A stretch of 64,000 nucleotides of DNA, filler included, from Stramenopiles sp. TOSAG23-6 (lineage: Eukaryota), in the NCBI GenBank assembly GCA_900128565.1. It is 8 parts of 8 records of this genome, joined end to end, with 100 filler letters (N's around TTAATTAATTAA, not from the genome) between each part and the next. Parts side by side here need not be neighbours in the genome. Positions count along the whole stretch, not along the records: positions 8,098 to 16,094 come from LT636489.1; positions 16,195 to 24,186 come from LT636490.1; 6 more parts are not named here. One strand, written 5' to 3'. The position numbers and the translations under genes are program-made. Below, piece after piece: positions 11,257 through 22,755 of this stretch. The notes under the pieces were generated by a model. That model was not told where the DNA came from. It did not search any database and was given only the letters and a program-made list of their open reading frames with translations. Position 1 is the first letter of the stretch; the number at the start of each line of letters is the position of its first letter.

Positions 11257-12691
11257 TTCAAATATAAAGCGTTTAAGATTTTTTCATACTTCAAGTGTAA
11301 GAGGAAAGTCAAATGTCAATCAATTGCAAAGTTTTAGGCTTTGAAGAAAGAAGATGAGAGAGGAGGAGGAGGAGAGGAGGAGGAGGAGAGAGTGTTGTTG
11401 TTTCAAAATTTCAAATTGAAATAATAATCTCCGCCCGGAGCGGGAAAAAAAAGATAAATTGCAAATTGGAATTATTTTGCGATTTTGTAATTTGAAATTT
11501 GAAATTTTGAATTTATTTTCTGTTTTTGACGACTAATGTCTCATTCATCAATTGGCCATACTATAATATGCTTTGAATATAACTACCTAATTGACGAATC
11601 GTGTACTATATGGAAATACTGCACACACAATGAAAAATTGAATATTAATAGAAAGAAAAAAGTTTCAATTTTATTTCTCTTTTTTCCAGTTCTATTTGAA
11701 TATCATAATATATCAACCCACTGAACATCTTTCATAAATTTTTATCGCCTTTACGAAGACAAATTGAAACGATATTGATGGATTTGTGAGTGTTTATTCC
11801 ACACACGTAACTTATTCATTTCAATTTGTGTCTCACACGTAATTTATTCACTCCAATTTGTAATCCATTTGCAAGTTTTGTAAGTTCTTCGAGTTCTGGT
11901 TCAATAATTTGTAATTGACCTTTACCAACCCTTCTAAAAACGACGTTCATTGTCGAATTAGGTCGCCTTTCTCTTTTNGAGATTTTTTTTTNGNCTTNCA
12001 NGTAAGCATGTGGGACGATGTCGTCTCCGTATTCTTCGTGGTTGACTGACATCAGCCACTGGTTGACAAGGGATACAACAAGGGATACAATGACAATTTC
12101 GCCCGAAAAAAGATGTAATACGCATCTGTTTTATGTCGCCTCTTTTATCTTGAGGNAGTNAATNTTGTGGTAGTGCAGTCCACTCGTTTGTANTATCTGG
12201 ATTTNTATCGTCAGCACCAGAGATTTCCATATCCCTTCCCTTTATTAAAGTCTCTGAAGGGGTTTCTGTTTCCATGGTCATTTGCTTGANTGAAGTATCT
12301 GCAGCATGAACAACACTAAGCGCATAACAGAATATNCAAAGCATGTACGTGAATCTATTATAAAATGTTGACATAATTGGTTTAATATTCAATGGTATAG
12401 CAGTNCTCTTGGTGTAGTTGTCGAAGTTGTCTTGTCTTGCTTTTTTTAGAGTGGTACTTTGCTGACTCTGACTAATGATAATATCAGATTCGAACCCGAA
12501 CCCTAACCCTAGTAATAATTATACGCAATCGCAATCGAGATACAAAAATAACTAGGGTTAGGGTTACTCCCGGAGATTTTCAATTTCCGTTTCGTCTTTT
12601 TATCAATTATTTACATAATACATNCCAATCTTTTTCTCATCTACATAAAAAAGCAAGTTCTTTTATTGTTTGAACATTCAACGNCATTCAA

Positions 12692-14809
12692 ATGAAAATC
12701 CAACCAGAGAGTACATCTGGTAATAGTGCAAATGCATATTTACTACAATCCAAAGTAGCCGAACATGGAGTAGTAGCTATAAAAGAAGAAAAAACTTCAT
12801 TGGAAGAGGCTCGAGAAGAGTCTGACGCTCGTTTGTTACAACAGGCAAAAGAGATGAATTCTACTAATTCTACGAATAAACAAGAACTTAAGCAAGGACC
12901 TATGGGTACTTCAACGAACGCAATGCCCAAAGGTCAATATTTTATAAATCCATATTCAGATTTTATGAAAAAATGGGACAATTTCATTATGATATTATTA
13001 TTATTTACCGCTGCTGTTACTCCTTTTGAAGTTGCTTTNATGGGTGAAACAAGAGTAGATTTATTATTTTTTGTGAATAGAATTGTTGATTTAGGTTTCA
13101 CAGTGGATATGTTTTTTCAATTTAATCTTGGATTTCCAGATCCTGAAACAAATGAAATCATTTATCATCATGGCGCAATTGCACATCGATACTTAACAAC
13201 GTGGTTTTTGATAGATTTTGTATCAATTTTACCATTTGATATTGTAGCAATGAATATTAATACAGAAGATATGGATGTATCTCAATTAAAGATTGTTCGT
13301 ACAATTCGTTTGTTGAGATTGATTAAGTTGTTGCGTGTGNTGAGGTCATCAAGAATATTAAAAAGAATTGAACATTCTTTAGGTTGGTCCTTTGTCACAT
13401 TTGCTTTAATTAAATTTGTTATTGCATTATTTGTTACGATGCATTGGGTTGCATGTATTTGGGGTATATGTCCATCAATGTCATCATCCGCATTAAATTG
13501 GTATACAGAATTTGGTATGGAATATGCAACTACAGGAGATCGTTATGCTGCTGCTGTAGAATTTGCTATGATGTCATTTGTTGTAGGATATGGATCATTT
13601 ACACCAACTACGACAGGTGAACGTGTTGTTGCTTTATTCTGTATGTTTTTATCAGGTAGTATATACGCTTATATTATTGGTGCAATATGTCAGGCAGTGT
13701 CGATGAGAGATCCAGGAACTCAAAAATTTCATCAAACTATGGATTTATTAAATATGTACATGACAGAAATCAGAATGCCACCAGATGATCGAATTCGTAT
13801 GAGAGAATTTGTACATAATTGTAAAGGTTTACAAAGACAAGAATTTTATCAAGAAGTTCTTCGAGTCTTATCACCAAAATTACAGGGTGAATTTGCAATG
13901 CGTACAACAGGTCAATGGATTGAACAAGTTCCATTTTTTTGTTGTGACGAAACAGAAGAGAGAAGGCGATTTGTAGTTGATGTTGCATTAACGTTAAGTC
14001 GTAGAGCATATACTCGTGGTGAAATTTTATTTAAGATAAATGAAACAGCAGATTTGATGTTTATAGTTGCTCAAGGTGTGATTGGTGCAAAAGGNAGTAT
14101 ACTTCGATCAGGTGATTTTGTNGGCGAAGATATGATTATGCAGANTGGTCTACGTACGTATAGAGCAACGGCAATGACATTTGTTGATACGCAAACACTT
14201 TCAAGAGATAACTTATTTAGAGTATTAGAAAGAGGTGATTTTCCTGAAACAGAAAAANTAATTCATATTGCAGCACTTCGATTAGCAATCAAAAGATACT
14301 TTAAAAAATTGGTGACTACTATACAGTCGGGTNATGCTTTCGCAAGCAAGAAAAAAATGACGGAAGAAGAAATTTCAGAGTGGAAACTTCAAATGAAAAA
14401 AAAATCATCAGAAAAGTCATTATTGGCTTCTCCACTAGGAAAAAGAAAAAAACAGAAAGAAGAAAAAACAGAAAGTGATGAAAAAGTACATGCAGATCCA
14501 ATTCGATCTTGTTTACAAGAATCAATTACAAAAGAAGTAGACTTAAATTCTTTATTACAAAAGCTTGAAAATATGTCCCGTGGAATAAAGCTTTTACAAT
14601 CTGCAGTTACAGCTACTGCACAAAATATCCATGAATTACAGTCTGATTTTAGTACACATTTAGGTATTGGAAAAGATACAAGAAATGTTGAGTCTAGAAA
14701 ATATCCAGAAATTAATGGTGATGATGAAAGTTGGAGNCCATCAACACCAAATATACAAAATATCGATATTTTGGAAGATTTGAAAGAGGGTATTTCACGT
14801 CGTATTTAA
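12692..14809 (+). CDS. CNBD K+ channel (duplicate-contig copy)
   Basis: Identical to 4595-6712. Confidence 0.9.
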   Translation: MKIQPESTSGNSANAYLLQSKVAEHGVVAIKEEKTSLEEAREESDARLLQQAKEMNSTNSTNKQELKQGPMGTSTNAMPKGQYFINPYSDFMKKWDNFIMILLLFTAAVTPFEVAXMGETRVDLLFFVNRIVDLGFTVDMFFQFNLGFPDPETNEIIYHHGAIAHRYLTTWFLIDFVSILPFDIVAMNINTEDMDVSQLKIVRTIRLLRLIKLLRVXRSSRILKRIEHSLGWSFVTFALIKFVIALFVTMHWVACIWGICPSMSSSALNWYTEFGMEYATTGDRYAAAVEFAMMSFVVGYGSFTPTTTGERVVALFCMFLSGSIYAYIIGAICQAVSMRDPGTQKFHQTMDLLNMYMTEIRMPPDDRIRMREFVHNCKGLQRQEFYQEVLRVLSPKLQGEFAMRTTGQWIEQVPFFCCDETEERRRFVVDVALTLSRRAYTRGEILFKINETADLMFIVAQGVIGAKXSILRSGDFXGEDMIMQXGLRTYRATAMTFVDTQTLSRDNLFRVLERGDFPETEKXIHIAALRLAIKRYFKKLVTTIQSGXAFASKKKMTEEEISEWKLQMKKKSSEKSLLASPLGKRKKQKEEKTESDEKVHADPIRSCLQESITKEVDLNSLLQKLENMSRGIKLLQSAVTATAQNIHELQSDFSTHLGIGKDTRNVESRKYPEINGDDESWXPSTPNIQNIDILEDLKEGISRRI

Positions 14810-15031
14810 ATGTAGTAAAAAAAAANTAAAAAAATCTTTTTTTTACTAGCATTTGCTGTTCTGTTAAACTGAATTTCGGAATTTATTTTTTAATTTATTT
14901 TTTCGGAATTTTTCCAAGATCTCTCAGATCGTCTAAAAACGAGTCTAAAAAGTATCTTTTTTTACTCGAAAAACTTTCACAAATAACATTACACATGGTT
15001 GCTATAATNTACAAGTAGTGTAGTACATTAA

Positions 15032-15643
15032 ATGGCTAGCATTTATCACGAGCATATCGCTTGGAAAAAGAAAATTTACGCCGACCGAAAGAAACGTAAA
15101 GCAAAAAAACTTCAAGAAGAGCGAGCGAAGCATCAAGAGTCTTGCACATTTAAGCCAACTATTACTGAATATAAACCTCATGTTCAACAAAAGGTAAGTA
15201 TTCCCCAGCACAAATCTTGTTTGCAACACAAATGGCGACAAGANCGGGCGCGAATACAACGAAAACAAGAGGAAGAATTGANACAGCATAGAAGTTATGC
15301 GTCAAGCCGAGGAGTTACTAAATCAAACTGGGACTCAAGTTCTTCACAAAAAAAAACTGAGAAGCTACAACAAAATTCAAATAATCATTTAAATAATAGT
15401 AAANAAAGNCATGACCTGTCAAAAAAGACNAAAAAAGAGCTACTTATGTACGCTATTACTTTAAAAAAGGATCATGAATATAAGCTGAAAGAACAAGAAC
15501 TTTTTCTCCGAGACAAATTCCAGAAAAGACTTCATGATCTTTCAGTACAATGGATGCAGAGTAAAGATAATCTTTTACAACGCATAAATAAGTTAGAAAA
15601 GTATTTTCAAGAAAGTGNAGATTATAATCAAGGCAATAAATAA
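15032..15643 (+). CDS. Hypothetical coiled-coil protein (duplicate-contig copy)
   Basis: Identical to 6935-7546. Confidence 0.55.
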   Translation: MASIYHEHIAWKKKIYADRKKRKAKKLQEERAKHQESCTFKPTITEYKPHVQQKVSIPQHKSCLQHKWRQXRARIQRKQEEELXQHRSYASSRGVTKSNWDSSSSQKKTEKLQQNSNNHLNNSKXXHDLSKKXKKELLMYAITLKKDHEYKLKEQELFLRDKFQKRLHDLSVQWMQSKDNLLQRINKLEKYFQESXDYNQGNK

Positions 15644-16094
15644 ATTTATATGAGATTTTATCTATATTTCAAAACTAGTATACATTATATTATATGATCT
15701 GTAACTTCAAATNAAGTACTTAAACTATCCATCATGCTTATTGTTGCTTGTAGCTCAACTCTGGCTTTGCGCAACTCTTCACTTATATTGTTCTCATCTT
15801 TTTGAAATTTTTTACTAACCTTGTTTACAATAGAATTTGTACCAATTGCTCCTTGTAAGGTTTCTTGAAGAGTCAGTTTTTGTACGCGTAATTTCAGTCT
15901 ATTTCTATTACTTAATAAATTATCTAGAAGACTTATAGTAATACTACCATCTGATTTATTATTTGCATTATTTTCATTATTTTCATTGTATTGAATTTCT
16001 GATGTATTAAAATCCAATAGTTCAGATGATTTTGGTTGTGTATTAATAAAATTATTCGATGTATTGTTTATGTGGTCTGTATTATTATTATTAT

Positions 16095-16194
16095 NNNNNN
16101 NNNNNNNNNNNNNNNNNNNNNNNNNNNNNNNNNNNNNNTTAATTAATTAANNNNNNNNNNNNNNNNNNNNNNNNNNNNNNNNNNNNNNNNNNNN
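16095..16194. other. Artificial contig spacer
   Basis: N44-TTAATTAATTAA-N44. Confidence 0.98.
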
Positions 16195-16281
16195 TTTTTT
16201 TTTTGTAATATTTTTGTTAGGTACAACATTTCGTACGAAAAAAAAAATTCGATTTTTCTGTAAAAAAAAAATAAAACATAC
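16195..16281 (-). mobile_element. Repeat-family intron, truncated by contig end
   Basis: Donor ATG|GTATGTTTT and core TTCGTACGAAATGTTGTACCTAAC. Confidence 0.75.
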
Positions 16282-18051
16282 CATCGTGAATGGTTGCATA
16301 GACTCGCTGGTCAACAAATTTATCTGAATCTAAATCTTCTTTTGTCATTGAAAATTTCCCTTCAGCAGCCCTACTGAAAAAATTCAAGATATCATCATCT
16401 TCTTTTTGCATTTGAGTTCCCGATGCTGTCGCAATTTCACTAACACATTCTACTGCTGCATATTTTTTAGCCCGTCGTATTACATGTTGAGATTCATCAT
16501 TTGTTCTTTTTCGTTTTGTCTTTATATCAAATGAACCATGCCAAATCTCTAATGCTTGTTTTGCCACAGTTGTAGCTGACTTGGCTTGATCCTCAACTTT
16601 CTGTAAACATGAATCAATTGCGTCAAAACTCAACGAATGCACTCTTAGATAAAATAACGCAGGATCTAAAAGTCCTTCACTAGGTGTAAAACAAAATTTA
16701 GGAAGTTGTCTTGGATGCGTAGGATTACTCATCATACTACTTACATCAACTACGAATGATAAAAGTAACATGTATTTTGGAAAAATATTTGAAAATTTAA
16801 AAAAAATTGTTAGGTACAAAATTTCGTACGAAAAAAAAANTTTAGACNAAAAAANTTNAAAAAAAATAAAACATACATTCGTTTTCTAATGAGTAATGGT
16901 GAATCATCCACTGACATTGGTGGAAGCTCAACGGGAACGCAATCAAAAGGATTTTGAAATGTAGGAACAAATCCATGATATAACAAATAAATTCGATTTG
17001 GATTTTCTCCATAATCTTCAAACACTTGATGTCCTGCTAAAGTTGTACGATCTGCAAATACTTTGAATACAAAACCAAAATCTTTTCCTTTTGTATTTTT
17101 TGTATTTTTTGTATTTTTTGCATCATTAGGGTTAGGGTTATTATTCACCAATTTGTGATATTTCAAAAATGAAGATCCAGAAGAATGTGATGATTCATCC
17201 ATATTAGGTTCATAATTAGTCATATCAGCCAGGGGGACAAGATACTTGTCTCCCTCTATTGTTAGTGCACGAGATCCTATTAGTGCATATACATAAAAAT
17301 ATGCATCAAATGTTAACCAATATGAAAAATTATTTTTTTCGTTTTTTTCGTTTTTTTCATTTTTTTCTTTTGGATTTGAATTTTTTAATATTGATACAAA
17401 ACCATCAGGACCAAATAAATGCATTAATCGTTTTAACAATGATTTATGATGGTTTTGTAGTTGTTTCTTTTGATCATTGGTTGCCATCGTGATTTCTTGA
17501 TCCTGAACTGCGGCAAGTTCAGCAGAAGAGAAATTAATTGGTAATGACACTTTTTTCGGTAATGTTTTTATATACGGATGATAATAAGAGTCATGCCCGA
17601 TGGCTATTTGAAGCATCAAAAAAAGAACTAGTTCTGTTTCATTATCAGATTTTAGATTCCTGAAAGCTTTCCGTAATTTACTTGACTTTGCTTGCTTAAC
17701 AAACGCTGCAATTGTATGGTGACAAATAATCTGCTTCATGGTGACGGATAGTAACAAAGAGTCTTTGGCGATATCCCGTGTAGCAAGTATACCCCTTCCC
17801 ATACCATCAAATTGTACAAGGCGTATGCCACTGGACAAATCGGCACCACCATCTTCTAACCATTGCATTAAGCCTATGCTATCAGCATCTTCAGTACCAG
17901 CAAGTTCTGTCTTCCAAGTATTTCGAATATCCTTAATTACGCTCTCATTTGTAGTTTCTTTTCTTTCATCTATTTGACAATAAATACAACGCCACGAAAG
18001 AAATAATTGTGTTGATAAAAATAATACATGGATAAGACAGCTATATCTCAT
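16282..18051 (-). CDS. SET-domain methyltransferase (SETD3/Rubisco-LSMT-like); exons 18051-16877 and 16769-16282, 3' truncated
   Basis: GRGILATRDI, YIKTLP, LVPLADMTNY, VFEDYG and LLYHGF motifs; removing 16770-16876 joins the two ORFs in frame. Confidence 0.85.
16770..16876 (-). mobile_element. Repeat-family intron, GT-AT (107 nt)
   Basis: AT|GTATGT...AAAATACAT|G; frame restored (RKRM/LLLS). Confidence 0.8.
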
Positions 18052-18255
18052 ACTTTGTGTATACGATGATGATGATGAGTAGATTTATTTTGGATTTATT
18101 GAATGTGTGTTGTAGTAGCGTAGTAGTAGGTCCTAGTAAAAGAAAAAAGAAGAAAAGAAGAAAAAAAAACAAAAGGACAAAAAAGTAACTGTCATTTTTA
18201 GCATACTGTACATATTGTTAGTATCATTTTTAGTGTCTCTCTACAATTACTTACA

Positions 18256-19389
18256 ATGAGTATTCTCGTCCGTCCATACAAACGAACAAAACATGAAGAA
18301 GAAGTTTTCCAACTTTTTCAACGAGTCTTTAGCGGCTTAGGTCCTGGTCTTATAATTACCAGCTTTTTAACTCTGAAAGATAGACTTTCCGGGAGACTTG
18401 CGTCAAATGACGAAAATCGACCTTGGATGGTTGGTGTTGATTGGGGTAAAGTGACTTGTGCTAAAACAGCAAAGCATGGTGACATGATTTTTTTACAATG
18501 GTTAAGAAGTAGAAAACCGCCTTGTCCGTGGGGTAGAACTTCGCGGTGGGAACAAAATACGTGTACTTCTGCAGCTGCAGCCGAAAATGGTCACTTAGAA
18601 GTATTGAAATGGGTTAGAAGTCAAAAACCACCTTGTCCTTGGGATGAACGTACGTGTTGGGAGGCAGCTAGGTCAGGCAACTTAAAAGTATTACAATGGT
18701 TAAGACACCAGAATCCACCTTGTCCATGGGATAAAGATACGTGTTCTATAGCAGCTGAATATGGTCATGTAGAAGTATTAAAATGGGTAAGAAGTCAAAA
18801 TCCACCTTGTCCTTGGGATGAACGTATGTGTCCGAGGGCAGCTAGTTCAGGTAACTTAAAAGTATTACAATTGGTAAGAAATCAAAATCCACCTTGTCCA
18901 TGGGATGAATGGACATGTAGTGAAGCAGCTCGTAAAGGTCACTTGGAAATATTAAAATGGTTAAGAAATCAAAATCCACCTTGTCCATGGGATGAAAGTA
19001 CGTGTAGTTATGCAACTGAAAATGGTCACTTAAAAGTATTGAAATGGTTGAGAAGTCAAAATCCACCTTGTCCATGGGATGCATGGACGTGTTCTACTGC
19101 AGCTGAAAATGGTCAATTAGAAGTATTACAATGGGTAAGAAGTCAAAATCCACCTTGTCCATGGAATGAACAAGCTTGTGAATTTGCAGCTCTAATGGGT
19201 TGGTTAGAAGTATTGAAATGGTTAAGAAGTCAAAATCCACCTTGTCCATGGAGTGATGAAACGTTAAGTGATGTATGCGAAATGAATGGGGGCTTGGAAG
19301 TATTACAATGGTTAAAAGAGGTAAAAGCACCAGGATTTGAAAATATGTCCGAATTCAATGATCGTTTTTTTTCCAGGGTGCAACCTTGA
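18256..19389 (+). CDS. Ankyrin-like repeat protein with nine 29-aa (87-bp) GHLEVLKWLRSQNPPCPWD repeats
   Basis: Intronless ORF; the tandem repeat is visible at both DNA and protein level. Confidence 0.85.
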   Translation: MSILVRPYKRTKHEEEVFQLFQRVFSGLGPGLIITSFLTLKDRLSGRLASNDENRPWMVGVDWGKVTCAKTAKHGDMIFLQWLRSRKPPCPWGRTSRWEQNTCTSAAAAENGHLEVLKWVRSQKPPCPWDERTCWEAARSGNLKVLQWLRHQNPPCPWDKDTCSIAAEYGHVEVLKWVRSQNPPCPWDERMCPRAASSGNLKVLQLVRNQNPPCPWDEWTCSEAARKGHLEILKWLRNQNPPCPWDESTCSYATENGHLKVLKWLRSQNPPCPWDAWTCSTAAENGQLEVLQWVRSQNPPCPWNEQACEFAALMGWLEVLKWLRSQNPPCPWSDETLSDVCEMNGGLEVLQWLKEVKAPGFENMSEFNDRFFSRVQP

Positions 19390-19685
19390 AGCGCCTGGTG
19401 CATTTTATTTTTTATTGCATCTGCGAGTTTTATGTTAGTATGTCCTAGTGTTGAATTAAGAGTGGATTTATTAATTTCTTCTTCTTTTTTTTTAACCGCT
19501 CATGGCGTATTCGACGCAAATTGAGTTTAAGAGCATCTTTAAAAATAAATTTATTTTTCTATTAATAAAAATAACGAAATAAAATTGGTCATATTCAAAA
19601 TTCATATATATATATAAATAATGTAAAACTGTAAGATTTATTATTTTTCAGAAAAAAACACAAACTATTTAAAAAAAGTAAATAA

Positions 19686-21040
19686 TTAATTATCTGAATC
19701 ATCACTTAGTAAATCAGCAATTAAATCTTCTTCACTATTTTTCGTCATTTCTTTCTCCGATAATTTGTCCATATTATTATCCTTCACTATACTAATAATA
19801 GCAATATTTTTTGCAAAATATCCTTGAGAATTCCAGCCTTTCATTTGCATAGTACTAAAAGGTCCATATTTCGTGTTTTTTGTATCGGCTTTCCATCTGT
19901 ATTCCCAAAGCGTTTTGTCATTGCCAGATTTCAAAATGTCTAAATTTTGAAAAATATTTCAAAAAAAAAAATAAAAAAATTTGTTAGGTACAAAATTTCG
20001 TATGAAACCAAAAAAAAAAAATCGAATTTGAAAAAAAAATAAAACATACCTGAATTTGTTTGATACGTGTCATCTTGTGATGCAAAATAATTTTTCTTTG
20101 ACTCTAAAATATCAATTGAAAATTCATTTGATTTTGAGGAATTACGTTCTAAATGTTGAATTTCAGATTGAATTTGTTTTCTAGATAATTCATAAATATG
20201 AGAATATGTATTTTGGAAAAATATTTCAAAAAAAATCAAAAAAAAATTGTTAGGTACAAAATTTCGTACGAAAAAAAATATAGATAAAAAATTCAATTTT
20301 GAAAACAAACAACCACCTTCGGATAATAGTGAATCAGCTGCTTCTGTGACAGTATATAATGATTTCTTTGCTATTTCAGCCGCTTTTACTTGAACTTGTA
20401 GCGATTCATCATTCGTGTCTATTTTTTTGTTTTTTTTTTGTTTTTTTTGTTTTTTTTGTAGAGACTTTGTCGTACCTATTATTTTCCCCAATCTTTGTAA
20501 AGAGGTCAATGCAGTTTCTCCAGGCTTTAGTATGTTAAATAAGGATGTTAGACACAACAACACATCAATCGGGGGTTTAGATGCTTCTTGTTCACTCCGG
20601 CGTTGATCAATAGCGTCTTTTGCTCGCTTTGTCGCAGCGTATTTACTATTAATATCTCCTGACGCTTCCTCTTCGTCTGCTTCATCAAGCCATCCGTCAC
20701 GAACATTACTTTCTTTTTCACTCCACTGATAGGAACCGTCTTCTAAAAAGCGACCTTCACTCATTTCTTCTTTCAAATTGAATGGTGTCATTGCAACATT
20801 ATCTTCCCTTAGACCATCGAGCGTCTCATCATCGCTAACTTCACCATCTACTGACGTAATTATACCATTTTTAACTTGTTGAAGACTTTTACTATCGACC
20901 TCTGCAAACTGTACTTTTTTCTTCTTTTTTTGAGGTGCTTCAACATTTTGAATAGAGACACTTTTGACATTTTCGTCAAGCTTTGCACGGGATCTTTTCT
21001 TTAATCCCGTTTTTGCAAACAAATCCACTTTAGGATTCAT
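19686..21040 (-). CDS. CD2BP2: CD2BP2/Lin1 (U5-52K) GYF-domain protein; exons 21040-20311, 20205-20050, 19939-19686
   Basis: TPFNLKEEMSEGRF, DGWLD, LKPGET, and a C-terminal GYF domain WEYRW..YGPFSTMQMKGW..QGYF. Confidence 0.85.
19940..20049 (-). mobile_element. Repeat-family intron, GT-AG (110 nt)
   Basis: CAG|GTATGT...AAAATTTAG|AC; joins the GYF exon in frame. Confidence 0.85.
20206..20310 (-). mobile_element. Repeat-family intron, GT-AT (105 nt)
   Basis: TT|GTTTGT...AAAATACAT|AT; gives EGGYSHIYE. Confidence 0.75.
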
Positions 21041-21288
21041 TGTTCTTCGAACTATTCTGCACTATATAGTAGTGCATAGATTACGTAATCAATCATGGAG
21101 CACAACAAAATTCGCGTGTTTTTGGTTTGGAAAAAAAAAAATTCAGACTTTTTTCACTTTTTTTCGTGTTTTTGATTTCATTTGATCGGTTCATTTTTGA
21201 TTTTTTGATTTGATTGTGTCTCTCTCTCCTCCTCCTCCCTCTTTTATATAGCAGTGCTCCTTATATATTATATATAGTTGTAAAGAAA

Positions 21289-22440
21289 ATGAATGTCAAA
21301 GATGTTATTTCGTCACTTCTTTTTGTGATTATTTCATTGTTAGTTCTTATTGACACACTTGCAAAGTCAGTTGATGATGATGAATTGTTGGTCATAGATA
21401 TGGACGCTACTGCGTCCAAGAAATTGACTGAGCAACATATTCCAAATCAGCAACAAATTAAACATGAAAAGGAACCAAGTACTCCACCTCGTAATTTGAA
21501 TCAAATGTTTGGACAAAGTTTGCCTTATTTTGGTGGACCCGGTGGCCGATACTTTCCTCCTCCGCCACCACCACCACCAATGTACAATGAAGATGCGAAA
21601 AACGGTGAAATGGGAGAGATTGGAGCCCAAGCGTCTCCGTCTCAATTTGCTTCACGTTTCGTTCATGATCACTTTACTCCTCCAATACCTCCAACATCAA
21701 ATACTGAGCCAATGCTCCCAAAACATCCATCTATGTTTCATCCTCATCAACATGCGATGAAGATACATCCATCATCGGATATGTATCATGGATATTCACA
21801 AACATTTGCACAACCTGGAGTTCCTGGTGTATACGGAGAAATGAGAAATCCTAGTAGTAGTAATTCTGTCAGTTCTCAAGATGATTTGACAAAACAAAAA
21901 GATAAACAAAACCAGACACATGGAGCTCACCCCGGAATGTATCATCATAATATATATCAACCACCACCACAACAACAACAACCTCCACAAATGCCAGGAT
22001 ATAATCATAATATATATCATCAACAACCTCCACAAATGCCAGGATATCACCATCATCATAACATGTATCAACAACCTCCACAAATGCCAGGATATCATCA
22101 CCATCATGATATATATCAACAACAACCTCCACAAATGCCAGGATATCATCATCATAATATGTATCAACAACAACAAAAATATCAACCTTACCTTGGTGTT
22201 ATGCCATTAGAGCGTGATAGGGAACATATACGTTTTGTTTTTATCATTCATTTCAAAAAAATTTCAAAAAAATTTCAAAAAAAAAAAATATTTTTTTTTT
22301 ATAGTAAATTTTGTACCTAACAAATTTCATTTTTTTTATATGTTTTTCTAATATATATCAAGGCATTAAATAATCGAATTGCAGAATTACAAGAAGCTTT
22401 GACAAAAGCAGGTGGTCATGTAAACACTATGTCAAAATAG
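21289..22440 (+). CDS. Secreted/anchored Pro-Gln-His-rich repeat protein; exons 21289-22227 and 22357-22440
   Basis: N-terminal hydrophobic segment, PPQMPGYHHH repeats, and a short coiled-coil terminal exon in frame after intron removal. Confidence 0.7.
22228..22356 (+). mobile_element. Repeat-family intron, probably AT-AT (alternative GT-AT register 22232-22354)
   Basis: CAT|ATACGTTTT...TTTTGTACCTAAC...CTAATATAT|ATC. Confidence 0.65.
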
Positions 22441-22755
22441 TCAAAAATAACAAAAAATTGAGGAAATATAATACACAAGATATTTTTATTAGGGTTAGGG
22501 TTCGGTATTTTTTGTCATTTGAATGAATGTTGATCATTCTATTTTTTTTTACATGATATAAAACAAATAGTACAGAATAAAATTTAAAAAAAATATGTAG
22601 TATCTTTAGATATACATATATTTGTTGTGTTTATCTTTATATGTTATACGATGTACAAAAATAACAATATATTTAAAAAAGAAAAATAATATGCACAAAA
22701 TGTTTATTCAATTCATTCATCAAAAAAAACAAATCTAAATGTCAATGTTCAAAAA

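Larger units (their letters stand above)
8098..16094 (+). repeat. Duplicate of contig 1-7997 (offset 8097)
   Basis: Same sequence, same ends and nearly all the same N positions; the ORF track repeats exactly. Confidence 0.97.

Noticed and set aside
1-16094. Apparent 8-kb tandem duplication of two channel genes
   Set aside because: The copies are separate contigs with the same length, ends and N positions, separated by an artificial spacer; this is a redundant assembly record.
18520-19260. CRISPR-like regular repeats
   Set aside because: In-frame coding repeats with similar intervening sequence; eukaryotic context and no cas genes.
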